From positions 50,348 through 114,347 of the IMG/VR virus record IMGVR_UViG_3300032226_000551: a DNA stretch of 64,000 bases. The stretch is one strand, 5' to 3'. Shown here one piece after another: positions 20,717 to 30,304 of this stretch (position 1 is its first letter; every line of letters starts with the position of its first letter). Source of the DNA: a virus (taxonomy: Duplodnaviria; Caudoviricetes). The notes beneath the pieces are model-generated. The model was not told the DNA's origin and did no database searches. It saw nothing but the letters and a program-made list of their open reading frames with translations. The translations under genes and the position numbers were made by a program.

Positions 20717-21088
20717 ATGGCTATTCCAAAAAAAAGAAACACCTCAAAAAAGACAACTACCGAAAATTTATCTAGTGTAAACGATGAAGTTGCGATGAAA
20801 GAGGTTGCCGAAAAAATTTTCGGACAAATAAACAACAAAGAACTTGAAAAAAGTTTAGATAGATGGCTAAAAGAAAATGGCAATAGAAATGCAATAGCAT
20901 TAAGGGATTTGGATTTATTAAAATCCATAATCACCGAATATTTAGATACATTTATCGTATTTGGTTATAATGTTGAAGGGGAAAGAATCATTCTTCAACA
21001 TTATACAACCGCCAGAGATAGGGATGCCATTATGGAATTTCTAAAAACAATTTTTATTAAACAACAACAAGATAATTTTCTAGATTAA
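20717..21088 (+). CDS. Hypothetical protein
   Basis: ATG 20717 directly follows the upstream stop. Confidence 0.6.
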   Translation: MAIPKKRNTSKKTTTENLSSVNDEVAMKEVAEKIFGQINNKELEKSLDRWLKENGNRNAIALRDLDLLKSIITEYLDTFIVFGYNVEGERIILQHYTTARDRDAIMEFLKTIFIKQQQDNFLD

Positions 21089-21092
21089 AGAT

Positions 21093-21962
21093 ATGGCAGA
21101 ATATAAAAATCCAAATTATAATTCAAAATATTTTCCCCCACATGTTAATTCTATTGAGGAATTGCAAGAATTTTTAAAATCAACTAGTGCAGATAAACCA
21201 CTAGGTAATTTTGATGCTATTCCATATCTTTGTTCTTTAGTAAGAAGATCAGATTCTGATGATGACGTAATATATAGTGGTGATGGATTTGATTATGACA
21301 ATCATTTACAATCTTATTATAAACAATTAACTGCGATTGGAGACGGTAGAGTTAATTTTTATGAAGTTTGGAAATATATAGAAAAAAATATTATACCGAG
21401 AGCAAAAGCACAAACTGAAGTTTTACAAACTGGTGGTTGCACAATAATAGATGATTATTTATGCGATACGGTTACTGGACAAAAAATAAAACAATTTAAA
21501 AATACATGTAATGTTGCTTTATCAGAACCAATAACATTCGATGAAATATCATCTACTGTTAATACAATAATAAAAGTTAAAAGAGAATTACATGCGGATT
21601 CATTTATTGAATATTTAAAAACCAATTATATTGATAAAGGTTGGTCTGTTAAATTAGTTTACTATTCTTCAATATTTATATTTTATGTAGAATTGACAAA
21701 AAAAGAATTAAAAGATGGTTCAGAAACCGAATATAATACATTTTATGAAGTTATAAAATACTATTCAGATGTTAAAGATTATATATCAGAAAAATTAAAA
21801 ATAGATTTAACTATTATAGATTCTATTTTTATAGACTTTAGTAGTAGTCCAGATTCACTAGAAATAGGTAAAAAAGTAATCTCTAATTTTTCTAATGGAA
21901 AAATACCAGACTATTCTAATGGAGAAATTCCAGAATATTATGATGGAATTTTATCCGAATAA
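21093..21962 (+). CDS. Hypothetical protein
   Basis: 289 aa ORF at the end of the + strand operon. Confidence 0.6.
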   Translation: MAEYKNPNYNSKYFPPHVNSIEELQEFLKSTSADKPLGNFDAIPYLCSLVRRSDSDDDVIYSGDGFDYDNHLQSYYKQLTAIGDGRVNFYEVWKYIEKNIIPRAKAQTEVLQTGGCTIIDDYLCDTVTGQKIKQFKNTCNVALSEPITFDEISSTVNTIIKVKRELHADSFIEYLKTNYIDKGWSVKLVYYSSIFIFYVELTKKELKDGSETEYNTFYEVIKYYSDVKDYISEKLKIDLTIIDSIFIDFSSSPDSLEIGKKVISNFSNGKIPDYSNGEIPEYYDGILSE

Positions 21963-21967
21963 AAGAT

Positions 21968-23998
21968 TTAACAATCTTTTTTACTGTCAGACTCTGTAAA
22001 ATTGGTATCAGAGGGACAATCAAACCCTAGACTTATATTAACTAAATCTTTAGGTGTTATATTTCCATCTTCATCATATCCAAAGTTACCTGATAGTGGA
22101 GTGGTGTTAACAAAATCATATTGTCCATATGCATCATCACCAACTATACCGAATCTAGCATTTCTATTTCTTCTTGCTTTAGAAGCTCTGCTGTTAGGAT
22201 CAGCAAATACATTGTATCCACCTCCTCCGCCACAAGCTCCACCAAGACCTCTAGGACCGGGTACTGGACCCATTGCAGTAGAACTAGCAGGGGTTGGGAT
22301 ATTACTAGCATCTGTTCTCGCTCCACCCCAATCTTCCGGTGTTCTATAGTAATCACCTTTCAATGCTTCGTGTTCATGCTGGTGAGGACATGGTGTTAAA
22401 CCATGATTATGTTTAAAATTCCAAATTGGACCAACTATAGGAACACCCGCTACCATAAGCATGAATATACCAGTTGGTGCTGGTCCTTCTAACATGGTTA
22501 AATTTAAAGTAGAGTTAAATTCCTCCCAAGTAGTTTTAAATATATTTTGTGGTTGCAACCACCAACCCGGATTTATCCAACAATTTACTCCTTGAACTAT
22601 TTTATCTGCTGCATCCATAGCTTGGCATGTACCCAACCAATTTGCAGCATTTACAATAGTTTTACTAGAACTACTTTCACCAGTTTGCATTCTCATGGAT
22701 CTTCCTATTATATGACTCGCACAAAGATTTCCATTAACCGAAAGACCACCAATCACTGTTGCATTACCATCAACGTTTAATGCACCATGAACTCTAGTGT
22801 GATTTGATTTTATTGCAACACCACCACTTCCGCTTCTGTCATCAGCATCAATCTTTACAACTTTTCCTTTTATAGTGGTTTGATTTGCGGATGTTACAAC
22901 CATTTCACCTTCTGTTGCTGCCAATAACACAGAACCACAAGCTATATGAGCATGACCACTTGATAATATATCTAAACCACAATTTCCGGTTTTTAATAAT
23001 AATTTACTGTTTACATTAACGGTTAAAAACCCTTTACCCGGATACGGAGCAACGAATATTTTATTTTTTATATCGCCTTTACCACATGGAACACTTAAAT
23101 GTGGTGATTTTTCACTTTTTTTATACTGAATTGATATATTTTTAAATGTACCATCCTCAACATATGACGATTCTTTGTTAGAAGTAGGAGGTCCAAAATT
23201 AATAGCAGTATCTCCCGCAAAATTCAGAACGCTATCAGATTTACTAAATTTATCTTCTAATTTTGTTATTTTATCTGCATTTTCTTCTAAAATTTTTTGT
23301 GCTGCTTTATTACCAGCATCAATTTTAGAAGAAGATGATTCAATCATTCCATCTTTACAACCTTTTGAACCACATGTTCCTCCCAATTCTCCTTTTGTGT
23401 CAGTTATACTGAGTATGGGGGCATAGAAAAAATTTAATACCTCAAAAAGAGTATCTACAGCATTGCTCTGGTATGCCCATTTAAAATATTTGTTTACGGT
23501 ATCTCTCAATCTTATTACAAATCCTTCTTTTTTATTAACCAAACTTTGTTGAGCACAAATTTCACAAGGAACCATATCTCCTTTAGTGGATTTCATCGCA
23601 TCCTTTTGAGATTTGAGTGCCTTATCCATTATATCGGTCAATTGTTGCTGTGCTTTTACTATTTCGTCGTTAACTCTTCCTTTTTTATCTATGACATCAC
23701 CTTTAATTTCATATATTAAATTATTTTCAGATTTAAATGTAATATCTCCTTTTGATTCCACATCAAATTTAGTACTTTTGAAAAAAACATTTGTAGTGAA
23801 AAACGTAATAGCATTTTTAAAAAACGTAATAGCATTGGTTCCATTTGTAATAGTTGCTGTGCTTTTATCAGCAGCAAATGGAATCTTGTTTTTCATTTCA
23901 TGAATTAAATTAGATGTGATTCTAAATGGACCTAAATTTAGATCATTGTTTTCGGTTCTAATATTAGGGTTATTTTGATTTTTAGTAGATTTAAGCAT
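21968..23998 (-). CDS. Baseplate spike-like protein (gp5 C-terminal/beta-helix part)
   Basis: Beta-strand repeats (VHGALNVDGNATVIGGLSVNGN), His cluster HNH...HQHEH, directly downstream of the gp5-N gene. Confidence 0.5.
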   Translation of the reverse strand: MLKSTKNQNNPNIRTENNDLNLGPFRITSNLIHEMKNKIPFAADKSTATITNGTNAITFFKNAITFFTTNVFFKSTKFDVESKGDITFKSENNLIYEIKGDVIDKKGRVNDEIVKAQQQLTDIMDKALKSQKDAMKSTKGDMVPCEICAQQSLVNKKEGFVIRLRDTVNKYFKWAYQSNAVDTLFEVLNFFYAPILSITDTKGELGGTCGSKGCKDGMIESSSSKIDAGNKAAQKILEENADKITKLEDKFSKSDSVLNFAGDTAINFGPPTSNKESSYVEDGTFKNISIQYKKSEKSPHLSVPCGKGDIKNKIFVAPYPGKGFLTVNVNSKLLLKTGNCGLDILSSGHAHIACGSVLLAATEGEMVVTSANQTTIKGKVVKIDADDRSGSGGVAIKSNHTRVHGALNVDGNATVIGGLSVNGNLCASHIIGRSMRMQTGESSSSKTIVNAANWLGTCQAMDAADKIVQGVNCWINPGWWLQPQNIFKTTWEEFNSTLNLTMLEGPAPTGIFMLMVAGVPIVGPIWNFKHNHGLTPCPHQHEHEALKGDYYRTPEDWGGARTDASNIPTPASSTAMGPVPGPRGLGGACGGGGGYNVFADPNSRASKARRNRNARFGIVGDDAYGQYDFVNTTPLSGNFGYDEDGNITPKDLVNISLGFDCPSDTNFTESDSKKDC

Positions 23999-24003
23999 GT
24001 GTA

Positions 24004-25425
24004 TTATTCTTTTAGTTTTTTAACAGCTGTTATATTATTATTAACGATTGTAAGTTCATATTTATCAGTAGTACCATCTAAAGTACCGATATATATACCA
24101 CTATCATCTTCTTTAATATTTGTAAATTTTGATGCAGGATTTTCGCCATCATTAAATTCTAATTCCTCCGATACTGGTAGAGAATTAATTTCTTCTCGAT
24201 TTGTATTACCCGAAACACCTTCTCCGATACTGTGTGTACTGCTACTACTAGTAGAAGTAGAAGTTGAAGTATTTACTGATACATTATTGTGTGCGCGTGT
24301 TTCATTTGGCGGTAAACTATATGCAAAAAATACAGGGGTTTGTACATCGCCACCATAAAAAAATAACCATACTCTTGAAAGTATTTTAGTAGTAGACCGA
24401 GTACCTGATGGTACACCCTCACCGGGTGATGAGGAACGAGGGACCTCTGGAACACTTGTAGCAGTTCCTTCAGGTACTGTTGTAGTTGTACTAGTAGAAC
24501 CATCTTCGGTTGTAACATCTTGTGATGGACTTTCAGGTGTTGCGGAAGCAGGTGAAATTTCCGAAATAGGACTAACGAATCTATCATCTTTAAATGTTCT
24601 TATTTGTCCTCTTTTAAATTGATTTCCTATATTTTGAAACCATGTTGGAGATCCAGATAAATTAGTATTTACATTTCCACCCGAATTTCTCCAAAAAACA
24701 TTTTTTTTATCGTCTCTTCTAAATCCAATATGTATATGATCTCCTTCCCATCCAATTTCAGTAGCACCGTTTTGCATCCACCATTGTATAATACTTTCTT
24801 GTTCTGTTGGTGAAACTGGCATACGTATATCAATAGCTCTTGATAATTTTGTATAATTACCATTTTTATCTTTTTCTGCATTGTGTAAACTACCTGCACT
24901 AGATCCTGTTACGACACGACCATCAGATCCTCTAACAGTATTAGTTGCTGCATCATATGTTCTTACTGTACTAGTTATAGTAGATTTTGGAAATTCCTCT
25001 TTAAAACTTGGTAATAGATTTTTAATATTTGAATCTAAACCATCAGTGGGTTTTCCGTCTATGTTATCACCAGTAAAGACAGGAGCTTCGTTATTAGTTC
25101 CAACTGGAACAATATAATAAGAAGGTTCTATAGGAACTGATGCTGCACCTCTATTTTCTTGGTGATACATAGCCGTACCGGGTCCGATTAAAGGGGTCGC
25201 CTTTTCTGCCCAAGGTAAAACACTACGTAATTTTTTTAATATTTCTTCATTTAAAGTAAAAGTTGAACCTATATCCATACCTATACTTTTATTGGTATTA
25301 TTGTTGTTCCAATTATCGTATATGGTATTAGTTACACCTGGTACATAAATCTGAACTCTGTCTCTTCCCTCTGGATCTTGATCATTTACAACCAAACCTA
25401 AATAATTTCCATAATATTTTTCCAT
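24004..25425 (-). CDS. Baseplate gp5 N-terminal OB-fold protein with an inserted M15-type zinc peptidase
   Basis: GLVVNDQDPEGRDRVQIYVP...LPWA and VWLFFYGGDVQTPV (gp5 OB fold); TSTVR, SLH...RAIDI, DHIHIG (M15/LAS motifs). Confidence 0.75.
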   Translation of the reverse strand: MEKYYGNYLGLVVNDQDPEGRDRVQIYVPGVTNTIYDNWNNNNTNKSIGMDIGSTFTLNEEILKKLRSVLPWAEKATPLIGPGTAMYHQENRGAASVPIEPSYYIVPVGTNNEAPVFTGDNIDGKPTDGLDSNIKNLLPSFKEEFPKSTITSTVRTYDAATNTVRGSDGRVVTGSSAGSLHNAEKDKNGNYTKLSRAIDIRMPVSPTEQESIIQWWMQNGATEIGWEGDHIHIGFRRDDKKNVFWRNSGGNVNTNLSGSPTWFQNIGNQFKRGQIRTFKDDRFVSPISEISPASATPESPSQDVTTEDGSTSTTTTVPEGTATSVPEVPRSSSPGEGVPSGTRSTTKILSRVWLFFYGGDVQTPVFFAYSLPPNETRAHNNVSVNTSTSTSTSSSSTHSIGEGVSGNTNREEINSLPVSEELEFNDGENPASKFTNIKEDDSGIYIGTLDGTTDKYELTIVNNNITAVKKLKE

Positions 25426-25428
25426 ATT

Positions 25429-26919
25429 TTATTTTTTGGAATCTACACATTCAGGTGATACTAAAGATAAATCTCCTCCCAATCCGGTTTTTTCTACTTC
25501 TTCTTGGGTTTTTGCAGAACTCATCATGTATTTCAATGCATTTTGTGGAGCATTTGATAGATATTCTGCCTCTTTTCCTACTTGTTTTACAGAATCTCCG
25601 ATTCCTGTAAATGCTTCTTTTAAGTTTGCTTCAACTTTATCACCAGTCCTTTTAATTATTTTAAATGAACCAGCTATAGGATTAAGATTATAATCAAGTG
25701 CTGGTTCATCGTCCGTACCGGGTATCAAAGTGGGACTTACTTTAGAAGGTTCTTTACATTGTTGCATTATTTCAGAACTAAATCTATTTAAATATGATGC
25801 TATAGCAGGTATAGCCTTATGCTGTTTTCCAAATTTTGCAATTAAAGATTCCATGATATTTCCTTCCAATGCATCTGCAACATAACTCATACCATAATTT
25901 GATAATTGATCGGATAAAAATCCACTAGGATCGGAACCAATTTCATCTACCATGTCTATAATTTCTTTAACCTGTGGTGGTAAATAAGACATAATAGTAT
26001 CTAAAGGATTTGCTAATTTATTTGCAAATCCAGAAGCTATATTGACATAACTTTGAATTTGATTTAAATAATTAAAAATCGATCCAGATTGTGTAAAAAG
26101 AGAAGTAAAAAAACCAACATCATCTAATAATACTTGTACCGCTTCCAATATTAAACATATTAAATCCAAAGGTATAATACGTTCAATTATATTCATTAAT
26201 ATTATATTAATTAATTTTAATATACCATTTATATAAGAATAATATTGTTGTATTATTCTTATAGCACCTTGATATATTGCATAAATTGCTCTTTGAAAAG
26301 ATTTAATAACACCATTTAATCTTGCCACAACACGTTGTAATGATCCAAATGCCATAGCGGGTAATGCTAAATATGATCTGGATCTAATCATATTACAAAA
26401 TCTTTCTATATTCTCTGTAAACTTTGGACTTAGTTTATTTAATAAATCTTCACAAACGGATGGTGTATTTTTTGCTGGTCCGGTTATTGGACTACCGTTC
26501 ACCATAGCTGCTAAAGATGCTAATGAACCAACACCAGACCAACCAACCGGATTTTCATATTCACCATCATTCGTTAATAATTTCCAACCGGGTGTTTTAG
26601 TGATAACCGAATAGTATGTAATCTCTTCTTGTTTTTGTGTTTTTTCGTTGATTCCAAGAAATACAAGAGTTGGTAATGTGTTTATTACATAATCATAATC
26701 TGTTTTTGTTACTGTATATGATGATCCAGCTTCAAATTTGAATGTATAATTTTCTTCCAATGGTTTATACCCATCGGCTAAAATTGACAAGTATGCTGCA
26801 AATTTATTATCGTTGTTGCAAAGAGTTCTCAACGATCTATAAGCATCACTAGAAATTATAGCTAAACGACTTGTTTCTGTTATATAATTAAAATCGTCTA
26901 AATTTTTTATTATTGTCAT
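25429..26919 (-). CDS. Hypothetical virion-associated protein
   Basis: 496 aa, late motif 6 nt upstream, first gene of the gp5 operon. Confidence 0.55.
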   Translation of the reverse strand: MTIIKNLDDFNYITETSRLAIISSDAYRSLRTLCNNDNKFAAYLSILADGYKPLEENYTFKFEAGSSYTVTKTDYDYVINTLPTLVFLGINEKTQKQEEITYYSVITKTPGWKLLTNDGEYENPVGWSGVGSLASLAAMVNGSPITGPAKNTPSVCEDLLNKLSPKFTENIERFCNMIRSRSYLALPAMAFGSLQRVVARLNGVIKSFQRAIYAIYQGAIRIIQQYYSYINGILKLINIILMNIIERIIPLDLICLILEAVQVLLDDVGFFTSLFTQSGSIFNYLNQIQSYVNIASGFANKLANPLDTIMSYLPPQVKEIIDMVDEIGSDPSGFLSDQLSNYGMSYVADALEGNIMESLIAKFGKQHKAIPAIASYLNRFSSEIMQQCKEPSKVSPTLIPGTDDEPALDYNLNPIAGSFKIIKRTGDKVEANLKEAFTGIGDSVKQVGKEAEYLSNAPQNALKYMMSSAKTQEEVEKTGLGGDLSLVSPECVDSKK

Positions 26920-26965
26920 ATTATATATTTACTTTTGAAGTAAAAATGTTATTATTATATAACTT

Positions 26966-27565
26966 ATGCAAAATAATTCAAAATTCCACAAAATCATAGG
27001 AATAGCAGGTGCTTCTAGGTCTGGAAAAGATACTCTATGTCGATCATTGATACGAATTTTGAATGAAAAATACAACGTAGAAGCAGAAAGAAGGTCTATA
27101 GCAGGAGATTTGATCAAAAAAAACCTGAGAAGCATTATAATCAATAGCGTTGGAATAGATTCATTTACCGAAAACACAGAAGAAAAGGAATTAATTAGAC
27201 CATTATTGGTAGAATATGGAAAATTGATGAGAAATAATACAAAAGCTAGATATTTTGTTGAAAATTTTGAAGTTGTAAAAGAAAAAACTCTAATAATTCC
27301 GGATATAAGATATGCCGAATACTTAAAAGACGAAATTCACTGGATTAAAAATGAAGTAGATGGATATTTAATCTTTTTAGAAAGAGAAAACATCAAAGAT
27401 GCTAATGAAACAGAAAAAATTAACAACAAAAAGTTGAAAATTCTTTCAAATTGCTGTATTCGTTGGGGGAAATTGGACGAAAATAACAAAAGTGATAGAA
27501 AAATTATAGATGATTATTCTATAAAAATTTTAAATGATATATTTCAGTCTACCACTTCCCAATAG
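26966..27565 (+). CDS. Deoxynucleoside monophosphate kinase-like P-loop protein
   Basis: GIAGASRSGKDT, RPLLVEYG, IIPDIRY. Confidence 0.75.
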   Translation: MQNNSKFHKIIGIAGASRSGKDTLCRSLIRILNEKYNVEAERRSIAGDLIKKNLRSIIINSVGIDSFTENTEEKELIRPLLVEYGKLMRNNTKARYFVENFEVVKEKTLIIPDIRYAEYLKDEIHWIKNEVDGYLIFLERENIKDANETEKINNKKLKILSNCCIRWGKLDENNKSDRKIIDDYSIKILNDIFQSTTSQ

Positions 27566-27863
27566 GACATTTTTCTGCCTTCAAATATGTCTTAATCGCC
27601 ATATTACATCCACATTTGGTACATCTTTCCGCAGATTTATTAAAAAATTCGCATCCATTGCAAATTTCTAATCTTTTTTTTGCTTGTTCGTTGTTTTCGG
27701 TTAATGGATTTCCAGCGGCTACGCTTTTTATGTTTCGCACAATAGAATTTCCCAAGTTTTTTGCCATTTGTGTATTAGAAGGATAGTTATTATCCTTATA
27801 ACCCTGTAAACTTCTAATTTTAGAAGCATCTAATCTAGCTTTTAATTGTTCTTTGTCTATCAT
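27549..27863 (-). CDS. Small Cys-rich hypothetical protein
   Basis: RLEICNGC...RCTKCGC...CPIGKW. Confidence 0.7.
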   Translation of the reverse strand: MIDKEQLKARLDASKIRSLQGYKDNNYPSNTQMAKNLGNSIVRNIKSVAAGNPLTENNEQAKKRLEICNGCEFFNKSAERCTKCGCNMAIKTYLKAEKCPIGKW

Positions 27864-29701
27864 AAATTTTTATCCTCCACATCCCAAATTTTTTGAAATG
27901 CATCAACCTTTGTTGCTATAACTTCTGTTACATAACTACTCTTTGTGAATAGATGGACAACTTTTGTCATTATCCATTGACCTAAAAATCGATCATTGAA
28001 TGCGTTTCTTTTTCCGTTTGATCCGGTGCTGTCGATGAATATAAACCGACCGGGTGCTCGTATGGTTAATCCATTACTCACAAATGAAATTGCCTGATTC
28101 AAAAACAATAAATTTTTCATCATTTCAATTTGTGGTAAATTATTTGGAAAAAATGAACGATATGCCAATGCAGGTTTTGTTGCTATTCCTTTTTGTTTGG
28201 TTTGATTTAAATTTGCTAATATATGAGCATCTTTGTTTATTTCAAATGAATATAAACTATCTTTTGCTGCTTCTGTAAATTTATCAATCACATCTTTTGC
28301 CGTATTGTTTTCTGATAATATATTAAAAGTCCCTTCGTTGAAATTATAATAATGTAAAGGTCTGTTTACAATTTTCATGTCATCCAAACTAACCATTGGT
28401 GAGAATTTATATGATTTTATTCGGGATGCTATACCAGAAGTAAAATTCTGTTGCATGAAATTTTCTATATCTTCTCCATATAACGGTCCCCTATTAAAAT
28501 ATGGTTGTTTTGTAAGAATATTATCTTCAATAATCAATCTTTCAACCTGTTCTGTTTTAGATCTTTCAAAAATAGTTTTCAAAGAAACCAATTCCCATTG
28601 TTTATTTCTTGTATTTTTAGATTCACCGTCTATATAATCACCAGAATTTCTACTAAACCTCAAAAATACCGGATAACCTTCACTGGAACATGCATTTTGC
28701 ATAACATAGTCCAGATCTTGCAAAACATTAGAATTTGCAGGAGATGTATAGAAAATATGATTGTTATTTTTTGGATCATTATTAACATATCCATTTTCCC
28801 AAAATAGACTAAATCTATTGAGTGGTATATTCGGGTTATCTATTGTACCCTTCCCTTCGGTATATCCAATATTAACTACTTTTCCTTTTTTATTTTCATA
28901 TTTTGGATCTATCAATGCCGCAGTTTCAATTATTGATTTAACTGCAATATTTGCTGGAATAGAACTTTCAAAATCATCCAATTCCCATGGTTCTTTATCT
29001 CTGAGATAGTTCATAGTTCCACTTTCTTCAAAAGTTGAAATATATGTGTCTATTCCTTGTAATCTAGATGACCATTCGATGTTTCTTTCTAGGAAAAATT
29101 GATACCTCTCATCCCAAAAGTAATACTTTCTTAATTTATTTTGATTATCACCAACAGGCATGTCCTCTATGTCATAAATAACACAATCGAATGCCATTTC
29201 CCATTGTTCTTTCGGTAAAGTTTGCTCTCCCAAAGATGCACCGAAACTATTTTTTTTATTATTTTCTATTGGATATATTTTAAAAGATATTCTATTTCTT
29301 CCATCGCTTCTAAAAATATAAGGTGGTTTTATATCATTTTTATCTGCGGCACTACCTCTTGTCAAAACTTCGAATTTATCGTCAAATACTATCCATCCTT
29401 TAACATTCCAATCACTCAAAGATTCCTCAAATGCCATAGAATGCACAAATAAAAATGGAACAGCAAAAGGTTTTTGTTCATCTAATTGATTATACATCAT
29501 TATTTCAATATAATATAATTGATCTCTAATTTGATGTATAAATCCACTTCTATCCATATCGCTCAATACGGATTCAATAGGAGTTGTTTCGGTTTGCGTT
29601 TTTCCTATTGTTTTATCACGAAGATCTTGCATATAAGGCGATTCTTGTGAATCAATAAGAGGACTTCCAACTGGTGTATCATATAAACTAACAGGATCCA
29701 T
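27860..29701 (-). CDS. Baseplate hub protein (gp27-like)
   Basis: C-terminal GLTIRAPGRFI...FLGQWIMTKVVHLF...YVTEVIATK, typical of hub/tail proteins. Confidence 0.6.
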   Translation of the reverse strand: MDPVSLYDTPVGSPLIDSQESPYMQDLRDKTIGKTQTETTPIESVLSDMDRSGFIHQIRDQLYYIEIMMYNQLDEQKPFAVPFLFVHSMAFEESLSDWNVKGWIVFDDKFEVLTRGSAADKNDIKPPYIFRSDGRNRISFKIYPIENNKKNSFGASLGEQTLPKEQWEMAFDCVIYDIEDMPVGDNQNKLRKYYFWDERYQFFLERNIEWSSRLQGIDTYISTFEESGTMNYLRDKEPWELDDFESSIPANIAVKSIIETAALIDPKYENKKGKVVNIGYTEGKGTIDNPNIPLNRFSLFWENGYVNNDPKNNNHIFYTSPANSNVLQDLDYVMQNACSSEGYPVFLRFSRNSGDYIDGESKNTRNKQWELVSLKTIFERSKTEQVERLIIEDNILTKQPYFNRGPLYGEDIENFMQQNFTSGIASRIKSYKFSPMVSLDDMKIVNRPLHYYNFNEGTFNILSENNTAKDVIDKFTEAAKDSLYSFEINKDAHILANLNQTKQKGIATKPALAYRSFFPNNLPQIEMMKNLLFLNQAISFVSNGLTIRAPGRFIFIDSTGSNGKRNAFNDRFLGQWIMTKVVHLFTKSSYVTEVIATKVDAFQKIWDVEDKNL

Positions 29702-29703
29702 AA

Positions 29704-30303
29704 TTAACAAGTCTCCTCATCTACGTTTTTTAGTAAATCAACATCCAATTGATTGAATGCAAAAGATGCAGTACATGATATTTCAGATGGATCTTGGTGC
29801 GAAAAATTTATTTCTGATAACGAAACAGGAAAAACATGATTATATTTAAATGCTACAATTTTTTTATTATATTCATCCAATGCATATATGGTAAATCTTG
29901 ATACAAGTTCTGACATTGGAGTTTCCAATGTTGGTTTTTTACTTGTTGACATCAATTCCATACGAACATCCGACTTAGATGTTTGTGAATCATTAAAACT
30001 ATTTAACCATTTCCAAATTATCCAATAGTTTTTATAACCATTATCAACAAAAAACCTGACATTTAATGGTTGATATGCGGGTCTGGACAAAGAAGATGCT
30101 TTATAAAATTGATTATCGAATGCAACATCAATAGAAGGAACATTTACACTAGGAATAGGAGAACCATATGTAGTAAATTGAATCTGATCGGGATGATAAT
30201 TTTCATTTAAAATGTTATCATATTTCTTTTTTAAGAATATCGGAAGATCCAATATCATTAAAAATTTATCATTACGTGTTTTATTTAAAATTGCTTGATT
30301 CAT
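29704..30303 (-). CDS. Tail completion/tube terminator (T4 gp3-like)
   Basis: YQPLNVRFFVDNGYKNYWIIWKWL, FPVSLSEINF, TASFAF. Confidence 0.7.
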   Translation of the reverse strand: MNQAILNKTRNDKFLMILDLPIFLKKKYDNILNENYHPDQIQFTTYGSPIPSVNVPSIDVAFDNQFYKASSLSRPAYQPLNVRFFVDNGYKNYWIIWKWLNSFNDSQTSKSDVRMELMSTSKKPTLETPMSELVSRFTIYALDEYNKKIVAFKYNHVFPVSLSEINFSHQDPSEISCTASFAFNQLDVDLLKNVDEETC

Positions 30304-30304
30304 A

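Noticed and set aside
23799-23836. 21-nt-period direct repeat (aaaaacgtaatagcatt twice)
   Set aside because: It is an in-frame duplication (NAITFF twice) within a beta-repeat protein, with no sign of being a regulatory or attachment site.
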